From a virus, in the IMG/VR virus record IMGVR_UViG_3300011115_000073, positions 1-26,073 of that record: 26,073 bases of DNA, one strand, 5' to 3'. How positions within the stretch are numbered: the stretch's first letter is position 1; the number at the start of each line of letters is the position of its first letter. A program made the position numbers and the translations under genes. Positions 16,177 to 22,310 of this stretch are shown piece by piece. The notes below the pieces were generated by a model that was not told the origin of the DNA, searched no databases, and worked only from the letters and a program-made list of their open reading frames with translations.

Positions 16177-16983
16177 TTAAACATTAACAAGTTTAATACC
16201 GCGTGTGGCGTCAATAACACCAACACCAGCGTGTAAACTTGCAACAATGTCGTTACCAACTGCGGCTGCTCTGCGTTGAACTTCTAAGTCAACATTCTTG
16301 AACATAGCGATACGCAATGCGTCTTGACTGAAGATGAAGCCTTTGTTTGTTCCAGAAACATAAGCACTTTGGAATAAACGAACACCACCAACTGTGGCTA
16401 AGAAACCATTTGTCAATGCTTCAGATTGGAATGTGCCACCAGCGTATGCGGCAGAACCAATTGCTTTCATTAGTGTGGCTGCTTGAACTGGGCTCAAGAT
16501 ACCAAACAATTGACCCATTTCACCAGCACCACGGATCTGTGCAACTGCGTTGAAAATTGCATCAACACTCATTGGATCGCTGTCACTTGTAGACGCTGTC
16601 AATGAATTCATTGCGGCGATAACATCTGCGTCAAATGCCTTGGCAACTGATTGACCTAATACACGGCCAAGTTCAGATGGATCAACTGCACCTAGATCAC
16701 GCATGACATCACGAGCGGCGTAGATGTTGGCTGTGATTGTAACTTTAGTGTCAGCAATGCCAAGTGCGGCAAAGTCTTCAGCGTCGTGACTTGCACTAGT
16801 CAACTTGCTGGCTGTAACAGAACCCATAACTGGAATCTGTGCGGAAATGCTACCTGCTGGTAGATTAACCATGGGGATAAGACCACCACCTAAGAATAGG
16901 GAGTTTTCTTGTGCTGTATAGACTGTGGCTGCTTTTGTTGCAACTACCAAACTGTCTAAATCATATGCTGTATTGAAAGCCAT
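16177..16983 (-). CDS. Major capsid protein (268 aa)
   Basis: AAGGAAAATATAAAATG RBS and start. It immediately follows the scaffold gene. Ala/Gly/Val-rich sequence of the usual size for small HK97-fold coat proteins. Confidence 0.8.
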   Translation of the reverse strand: MAFNTAYDLDSLVVATKAATVYTAQENSLFLGGGLIPMVNLPAGSISAQIPVMGSVTASKLTSASHDAEDFAALGIADTKVTITANIYAARDVMRDLGAVDPSELGRVLGQSVAKAFDADVIAAMNSLTASTSDSDPMSVDAIFNAVAQIRGAGEMGQLFGILSPVQAATLMKAIGSAAYAGGTFQSEALTNGFLATVGGVRLFQSAYVSGTNKGFIFSQDALRIAMFKNVDLEVQRRAAAVGNDIVASLHAGVGVIDATRGIKLVNV

Positions 16984-17000
16984 TTTATATTTTCCTTAAA

Positions 17001-17675
17001 TTAAATTTTGCCGTTGCGTCTTGCTTCAGCGTATATTTTCCTGTGGTCACTGCGAGTGAGATCTAATGAACCTAAATCAACTGGTCCAGGACTGTTGTCA
17101 CGGACTCCACCATTTGTGTTAGTAGTAGCAGGAGTAGCAGAAACAAAGTGGGGATTGGACTGAAGCCATTCTTGAACATATTGTTCAACACTTAATGGTT
17201 TGCCCTTTTCACTGTATCTCACTGTGCCTTTTTCATCTAACACTTCAACATCGCCTTCTTCATTTAGTCTTAAATTGTTCCTGAGAAGTTGTTTCACTTG
17301 TGCAGGATTCACACTACGATATTGTGCGGCGTAGTTCATCAATGGTTGTTCTAATTTAAACTCACGAATGATATTATCGCGTTTGGCAATTTCAGCCTCC
17401 TTCTTGGAGATTGCATCTGCCATGACCTTTTCAAAGTTTCCTTTTTTCACTTCAAGATCTTGCTGTTGTTTGCGATAGTTGGTTACGATATCTCGCAACT
17501 CATCTGGTTCGCCTAGATCAGCATATTTGCCTGAGAGTTTCTTTTCTAGTTGAGTCTTGCTCTTGGCTAGAATAGCATTTACCTCATCTTGAGTAAAAGT
17601 CTTTGATACCTGACTGTTTGTTTCAGTGGATGTGTCAGTGTCCACGGTTGCTGTTGTGTTTTCTTGATCCAACAT
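17001..17675 (-). CDS. Capsid scaffolding protein (224 aa from the ATG at 17675)
   Basis: Acidic N-terminus, then TFTQDEVNAILAKSKTQLEKK and charged helical repeats typical of scaffolds. The track start at 17711 is a TTG without an RBS. The ATG at 17675 has GAGAGG 9 nt upstream. Confidence 0.7.
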   Translation of the reverse strand: MLDQENTTATVDTDTSTETNSQVSKTFTQDEVNAILAKSKTQLEKKLSGKYADLGEPDELRDIVTNYRKQQQDLEVKKGNFEKVMADAISKKEAEIAKRDNIIREFKLEQPLMNYAAQYRSVNPAQVKQLLRNNLRLNEEGDVEVLDEKGTVRYSEKGKPLSVEQYVQEWLQSNPHFVSATPATTNTNGGVRDNSPGPVDLGSLDLTRSDHRKIYAEARRNGKI

Positions 17676-17723
17676 AAATCCCGCCTCTCTTGGAGTATTG
17701 TTTTGTGACAACTTCTTGCTGTC

Positions 17724-19082
17724 TTATACTGCTAGGTTGTCACCTGCTGTATTGGGTTGAGGTGTTGCATCCACTGTGAGATCCAACAGGCCTTTAATTT
17801 TTTCTACAATTGATGTTTTAACAGCAGGGTCATCAACGGTGCTATAAGTTTTAATCAACTGGTCTAATTCGTTTTGTGTATCGTGAATAGCAAATGAGTC
17901 TGGGTAACAAATTTCACCTGACCATGATAAGTTTTGATACAGGGCATAAAGTTTCCATAACTGTTCTTCACACAATTCAATGTTGTCTGCCATTTCACTT
18001 AAGCGGCTGTTGAGCAAAGCAAACTCTACTTCTCTGCTGACCCCACTCATGACTTGTGCTTCGTTGGCACGGATACTGCCTGTGTTGGCCATCTTGTCAA
18101 TACTGCTGACAATATTATTAATGGCTGTGTAAATGCTTGACACTTCTTGTCCTGAGAACTCTAGCACGAATGGTTTTAAGGCAGGGTCCATATTCAACGG
18201 CATATGAATAAGTGCACCTGCTCCTGAACCTACATTAGTATCTGGAGTGGTCACAAGACTTGGATGACTACCAAGACGAATTGCCTGATCACATTCGCTA
18301 GTCAAGTTATAAATCATTCTTGAGGCATCTGCAATGTCTTCAATACTGCTGATACCCAAGCCACGAATGGTTGAAGTTTGATTGTATAAAATAACAGCAG
18401 GGATAACACCTAGTTGATTTATTTCAATGCTTTTGTTTTTTACTTCTTGCTTTTCATGATTGATGGTTGTGGTTTGAATAAACTCTGGTGTCCACTCTTT
18501 AACAACTGAAACACTATTGTTGCTGTCTTCAATGTATTTGAAATATGAAAGTTCATAACGACCACTTTCTAATCTAGTCCATGAGAAATCTGTGACCAGT
18601 AATGGTGACAACAAGTTAAGATAAGGACGCACACCAGCGGCAAGTTCATCTGCTCTAGTGATGGCACCAATGTTGGCTTTGCTCATGATTAACCATGAAT
18701 GTCCAAACACATTAGCCCAGGTTGCGGCCTGCTTCATGAATGAATCTAAATCACGGCCTTCATGATCAGCATCAGCCAAGAAAGCCATTAATGCTGGGTC
18801 ATTTTCTAAACCTGTTAATACACGCTCAGGTTCAGTTCTAAACAAAAAGGAAATATAAGTGGAAATGATACTCCGTGGATGATTATCATATGGGGTATTG
18901 GCCAAGCGTTGATTGTATTCGTTGGCTGTTTCAAGTTGGTAGCGTGTAAGATAGCCACCTTTGCGATAGGTCTCTCCACCTGAGAAACTATCGTATAAAA
19001 ACTCGTAGCGTTGTCTGTTACGACTGACAAGCGGGTTCACTGAGGCCGCGTCAGCGTAGTTCTGGCTTAGAATTGTATCCAT
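17724..19082 (-). CDS. Portal protein (452 aa)
   Basis: Follows the large terminase and precedes the scaffold. Size and N-terminal pattern (YEFLYDSFSGGETYRKGGYLTRYQLE..EYNQR) are consistent with portals. Confidence 0.75.
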   Translation of the reverse strand: MDTILSQNYADAASVNPLVSRNRQRYEFLYDSFSGGETYRKGGYLTRYQLETANEYNQRLANTPYDNHPRSIISTYISFLFRTEPERVLTGLENDPALMAFLADADHEGRDLDSFMKQAATWANVFGHSWLIMSKANIGAITRADELAAGVRPYLNLLSPLLVTDFSWTRLESGRYELSYFKYIEDSNNSVSVVKEWTPEFIQTTTINHEKQEVKNKSIEINQLGVIPAVILYNQTSTIRGLGISSIEDIADASRMIYNLTSECDQAIRLGSHPSLVTTPDTNVGSGAGALIHMPLNMDPALKPFVLEFSGQEVSSIYTAINNIVSSIDKMANTGSIRANEAQVMSGVSREVEFALLNSRLSEMADNIELCEEQLWKLYALYQNLSWSGEICYPDSFAIHDTQNELDQLIKTYSTVDDPAVKTSIVEKIKGLLDLTVDATPQPNTAGDNLAV

Positions 19083-19151
19083 TGCTTTTCATTTCCTTGT
19101 ATAGACCGTCTGTGATCAGTAGATGTCTGGTATCTTTATTTATGCTCATGC

Positions 19152-20393
19152 TTAGGCCAGTTGATGCCCCCATCGCTGTGGTGATCGTGCTTCCACTGGT
19201 TTAGTGATTGGATATAGATATTGAATCATGTAGGTCAAGGCATCCGCTCCGTGCGACCAGTCTAATGCACCATTCTTGTCAGGTATCATTGTGCCTTCTT
19301 TGTATGCCCAGTTCTTTAAGCAGGCAATTGTTTTTTTACATGACGGATCTATAGTAAATCTTGTGCTTCCATCTGGTCGTTTAAAGAACAAACTATTGCC
19401 TGCGTTTATTCTATCTCTTACAAGTGGATGCTGCCTATGATATCTAGTTTGAAACCCTGCCATCTCTAATAGTTTGACATCAGTATTGCCGTTGGCACTT
19501 GTTTTTCTTGCAACTGAACTTGGATCTGGCCAAATTATAATGGAGTTTCTAGGATATCTATTTCTTATCTCATCAATCATTTCTGTAGTGTTTGAGTTGT
19601 CAAGATATATCTCATCATAGATCTCAATGCCTACTTTACTTTGACGACCAATAACAGCACTCATTGGAGTTATGTTAAAGTCCATGCCAATATAAATGGG
19701 TTCTGTTTCTGTTGGCTTACGCACTTCGCCTATGTTATGCTCGCCAAAGTCGCCAAAGATAACTCCAGCAAAATTAACGAAGGTTGCCATGTATTCTTGT
19801 TGAAACACTTTGGGACTTAGATCTTGTCTTGCTTGTTCAACCTCTTCTGCATCAACGAAAGAACCTTCTTCAGTTGTGTAACTAAAACTGGCCCAGTTCT
19901 TTTTAGTCAAGTGGTTGTCGTATAAGTCTCTGGCAGCCTGATTGCCTGCTTTGGGAGTGCCAATGAACAAGGCATGACCTTTTTGATCTGCCAAGGATGG
20001 TCTTATAATCTGGCTCCATATTTCATTTAAGTTTATATCGCAGAATTCATCCATACAGAAAAATGAGATTGATTCACCACGCAAGTTATCTCCTTGCTCT
20101 GCTGACTTCAAACAGATTTGACTATTGTTAGTGAGGCGAATCGTAAGTTCAGATTCATTTGTATCTGCAATCCAATTTAACTTACCCAGTTTCTTTTTTA
20201 GTTTGCTCCACACAAGGCTTTTTGCTTGTTGTCTGGAACCAGTAAGATACCATACTGTGCTGTTGGGCTTACTGGCAAAGCGAGCAAGTTCACGCATAGC
20301 AAGAAATGTTTTGCCACCACGACGCCCTGCTACTACAACTCTAAAGCGTGTGGTGCAATCAGCAATCTCTTGTTGCTTGGCACTTAGCGGCAT
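19152..20393 (-). CDS. terL: Terminase large subunit (413 aa)
   Basis: Walker A is VVVAGRRGGKTF and Walker B is ISFFCMDEF. The nuclease-domain aspartate motif is IYIGMDFNITP. Confidence 0.9.
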   Translation of the reverse strand: MPLSAKQQEIADCTTRFRVVVAGRRGGKTFLAMRELARFASKPNSTVWYLTGSRQQAKSLVWSKLKKKLGKLNWIADTNESELTIRLTNNSQICLKSAEQGDNLRGESISFFCMDEFCDINLNEIWSQIIRPSLADQKGHALFIGTPKAGNQAARDLYDNHLTKKNWASFSYTTEEGSFVDAEEVEQARQDLSPKVFQQEYMATFVNFAGVIFGDFGEHNIGEVRKPTETEPIYIGMDFNITPMSAVIGRQSKVGIEIYDEIYLDNSNTTEMIDEIRNRYPRNSIIIWPDPSSVARKTSANGNTDVKLLEMAGFQTRYHRQHPLVRDRINAGNSLFFKRPDGSTRFTIDPSCKKTIACLKNWAYKEGTMIPDKNGALDWSHGADALTYMIQYLYPITKPVEARSPQRWGHQLA

Positions 20394-20578
20394 AGCACAT
20401 CGTTAATGTGATCAGCGATACGCATGGCTTCTTCTGGTGAGACAAAGTAACTGCGGTTGTGAACTGATCCAGTTACACCATCAAGTATTGTAGTTGTAAT
20501 TTTGAGTTGTAGTTCTTTTTGTGTTAGCCAACTTAAACTAATTTTCAATTCATAGTCATCAAGTTTCTGTATCAGCAT
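20384..20578 (-). CDS. Small hypothetical protein (64 aa) between terS and terL
   Basis: The ATG at 20578 is preceded by AGGAAGAA. It overlaps the terS end by 20 nt and the terL start by 10 nt. It is the only frame that fills the 20394-20558 gap. Confidence 0.45.
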   Translation of the reverse strand: MLIQKLDDYELKISLSWLTQKELQLKITTTILDGVTGSVHNRSYFVSPEEAMRIADHINDVLCR

Positions 20579-21005
20579 CTTGTTCTTCCTGTTCATCATC
20601 AATGGTGTCTTCATCCATATCATCAGTCCAAGGTAATGGACGCTTGTCATCACTGGTGGTTCCAGTTTCATTTTGAGCCAGCATATTACGGCCCAACCAC
20701 ACAAGCATAGGAACGGAACCTTCAAGTGCCACTCGTAACTGGGCTTGGCGTAGACTGATTTTGAGTTTGTGCCGCCCAATCTGAAGATTTTCCGCAAATC
20801 CTCTGCGTAGTGTATCTTCTTTGACACCAAAATAGTTGGCAATATCTCTGTCTGTGCAACCCAAGGAAGCCAAGTGTTCTACTTCATCAAAGCACACAGG
20901 TATCTTGTTGCGTCCAATAACTTTGGCCAGTTTTGTAATCTCCACAGTATGTCCAGTTTGCGGACCAGGTTTGCCATGTGGTTTATCGTTTGATTCTTCG
21001 TTCAT
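20559..21005 (-). CDS. terS: Terminase small subunit (148 aa from the ATG at 21005)
   Basis: HTH segment LASLGCTDRDIANYFGVKEDTLRRGF, then GRHKLKISLRQAQLRVALEGSVPMLVWLGRNMLAQ and an acidic tail, a pattern typical of small terminases. The track start at 21029 is a TTG. Confidence 0.75.
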   Translation of the reverse strand: MNEESNDKPHGKPGPQTGHTVEITKLAKVIGRNKIPVCFDEVEHLASLGCTDRDIANYFGVKEDTLRRGFAENLQIGRHKLKISLRQAQLRVALEGSVPMLVWLGRNMLAQNETGTTSDDKRPLPWTDDMDEDTIDDEQEEQDADTET

Positions 21006-21351
21006 CTTCTTCCGTTGTCCTTTCAGCAATAAAGCCTAGTAGTTCTGGGTTGGCAAAGAATATTTGTGCCCATGCCATACCTAGGTTGTGAACTTGATGT
21101 TCTGTTAATTCTAAATGTAGTAAGTCACTGACAACATGTGTGACTTCATGTAGTAATGTGTCCAAGCACTGAATACCTTTGAGTTGATCTTGTATTCTAA
21201 TTTCGTTGTGTGCCAAATCTTGTTCACCAAACGCACTTGACATGATGCGTTGTGGGATCCACTGTATGTCCGTGACATTACCTAATATTTCTATTTGAGT
21301 ATATGTTGTAGGGTGAGGTGGATTAACCAGTTTGCGTGGTTGTGTTTTCAT
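20983..21351 (-). CDS. HExxH zinc-metallopeptidase-like protein (122 aa from the ATG at 21351; 148 aa if the GTG at 21429 is used)
   Basis: HEVTH at 21136-21150 was verified at nucleotide level (CAT GAA GTC ACA CAT). The context FGEQDLAHNEIRIQDQL...LDTLLHEVTHVV resembles ImmA/IrrE (M78)-type minimal peptidases. It is the first ORF after the switch terminator. Confidence 0.55.
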   Translation of the reverse strand: MKTQPRKLVNPPHPTTYTQIEILGNVTDIQWIPQRIMSSAFGEQDLAHNEIRIQDQLKGIQCLDTLLHEVTHVVSDLLHLELTEHQVHNLGMAWAQIFFANPELLGFIAERTTEEDERRIKR

Positions 21352-21494
21352 TTCTATGCAATCTCCAAGTCTATTCACATACTTACCTGGTGTAGAAAAG
21401 AAACTTGCTCTTAGCCGTGAAAATGCCACTTTTAGTCAATGGCGTTGACTGGGCTGTGGCCGCCAGGTCCTAAGGTAGATAGGATAACTTTATT

Positions 21495-21531
21495 TAAATA
21501 AAAAGGAAACCCCGTATCTCACGATAGGGGG
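21495..21531 (-). terminator. Strong intrinsic terminator between the early block and the late block
   Basis: The minus strand reads CCCCCUAUC-GUGA-GAUACGGGG (9-bp stem with one mismatch, GNRA tetraloop) followed by UUUCCUUUUUAUUU. Confidence 0.75.
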
Positions 21532-21586
21532 CTCCAGGATTTAATTACACACATTGCTAGGACCACACCACATAATCCCAGCAACT
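21497..21586 (-). ncRNA. Candidate ~90-nt leader RNA / sRNA bounded by a promoter and a terminator
   Basis: The predicted start is ~7 nt below the TATACT box. The 5' stem-loop is UUGCUGGGA-13 nt-UCCUAGCAA (21554-21584, 9 bp with one G-U). A linker and then the terminator hairpin follow. Confidence 0.35.
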
Positions 21587-21592
21587 ATATTT

Positions 21593-21621
21593 AGTATACT
21601 ACTTTTATGCGGGTATGTCAA
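21593..21621 (-). promoter_or_regulatory. Near-consensus sigma70-type promoter TTGACA-17 nt-TATACT
   Basis: The -35 TTGACA is at 21616-21621 and the -10 TATACT at 21593-21598 (minus-strand reading). The spacer was counted as 17 nt, and the upstream flank is AT-rich. Confidence 0.65.
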
Positions 21622-21625
21622 TGAA

Positions 21626-21689
21626 TTTTGATAAAACTTGATTTCTTTTCAAAAATTCAACTCTGATTAAATCTGATTTCTTTTCAGAG
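21626..21689 (-). repeat. Two tandem 29-nt hairpin/inverted-repeat units, 35-nt period, with compensatory stem changes
   Basis: Plus strand: ttttgataaaacttgatttcttttcaaaa (21626-21654) and ctctgattaaatctgatttcttttcagag (21661-21689). They share the core TGATTTCTTTTCA. The outer arms are TTTTGA/TCAAAA versus CTCTGA/TCAGAG. Confidence 0.7.
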
Positions 21690-21690
21690 T

Positions 21691-21945
21691 TTAACATTGT
21701 AATTTACGCACAAACTCTAGTTCTGGATCATGATAACTTATTTCTAATACGCTGTCTTGCACATTTCTAATACTAATAATGTCAACATCTGGCTGTCGTA
21801 TTGTTATTGTGCATAAGCCTAGGGCCTCATCAGCATAAAACTGGTTCAACACAGGATCATCAAATTCCACTTCTGAAACTATATTGGCTTTAAATTTTAC
21901 AAATGCTTGTAGTGCATCTTGTAGTGTTAAGGGGTATGTGAACAT
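21691..21945 (-). CDS. Hypothetical protein (84 aa), last early ORF
   Basis: The ATG at 21945 makes an ATGA-type overlap with the upstream ORF. No motif recognised. Confidence 0.6.
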   Translation of the reverse strand: MFTYPLTLQDALQAFVKFKANIVSEVEFDDPVLNQFYADEALGLCTITIRQPDVDIISIRNVQDSVLEISYHDPELEFVRKLQC

Positions 21946-22151
21946 TATAATTCAAACTCCAATTCCCTATGTTTGTATACTCTTGACAAGTTGTATTCAT
22001 CTAATCCTAAAATATCCACACAATACCCTGCTAATTTACATACAAATGCATATTCTTCAGCATCATCCTTGTTGCCAAAAAACTTTACATAATACTCTTT
22101 GCTTAACAATCCAGTTCTGCATTTTGGCACAACTAACAAATGTTTTCTCAT
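21945..22151 (-). CDS. Hypothetical protein (68 aa from the ATG at 22151)
   Basis: The track start at 22166 is a TTG. The ATG at 22151 has AAGGGA 8-9 nt upstream. Confidence 0.55.
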   Translation of the reverse strand: MRKHLLVVPKCRTGLLSKEYYVKFFGNKDDAEEYAFVCKLAGYCVDILGLDEYNLSRVYKHRELEFEL

Positions 22152-22175
22152 ACCAGTCCCTTTCAAATACTATGA

Positions 22176-22308
22176 ATGCTACACACAAAACCATTCAAAA
22201 CTTTTTGCTAAAAATAAATTTATTTTTTATTATTTTTTTATTTTTATTTTTTATTTCTTTTTTGCTACAGTTTTTTAAAAACACGGTTTGTGTGTAGCAT
22301 CTGTAGCA
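22176..22308. other. AT-rich element bracketed by inverted repeats; candidate replication origin
   Basis: A 16-bp inverted repeat, ATGCTACACACAA(A)ACC (22176-22192) / GGTTTGTGTGTAGCAT (22285-22300), has one bulge. A second IR is GCTACAG (22264-22270) / CTGTAGC (22301-22307). There are four TGCTACA/TGTAGCA sites. Positions 22209-22263 are 55 bp with a single C. Confidence 0.4.
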
Positions 22309-22310
22309 GA

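Noticed and set aside
17676-17711. Track start codons that are TTG or GTG (17711 scaffold, 21029 terS, 22166 small ORF, 21429 HExxH protein)
   Set aside because: I checked the nucleotides: these Met residues are TTG or GTG codons without Shine-Dalgarno sequences. In-frame ATGs with RBS-like purine runs lie a few codons downstream, so the shorter models are preferred. The 21429 GTG remains possible.
1330-19030. Minus-strand alternative-frame ORFs nested in larger genes (1330..1527, 6434..6916, 7340..7540, 8795..8989, 11661..12029, 18815..19030)
   Set aside because: They lie entirely inside longer genes that have recognisable motifs. Their compositions are biased (Lys/Asn-rich or Cys/His-rich), as expected from off-frame reading, and no RBS is present.
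20384-20842. 152-aa version of the ORF overlapping terS in another frame, and the idea of a terS frameshift fusion
   Set aside because: The upstream 88 codons overlap the motif-supported terS frame. The frame is +1, not -1, relative to terS, and I saw no slippery site. Only the 64-aa part from the ATG at 20578 fills otherwise non-coding space, so only that part is kept.
21541-21573. 10-codon mini-ORF MWCGPSNVCN inside the leader RNA as a real peptide gene
   Set aside because: The only purine run (GGGA) sits 3 nt from the ATG, which is too close. The ORF lies largely within the loop and 3' arm of the leader stem-loop and the linker that follows. It is kept only as a note under the switch finding.
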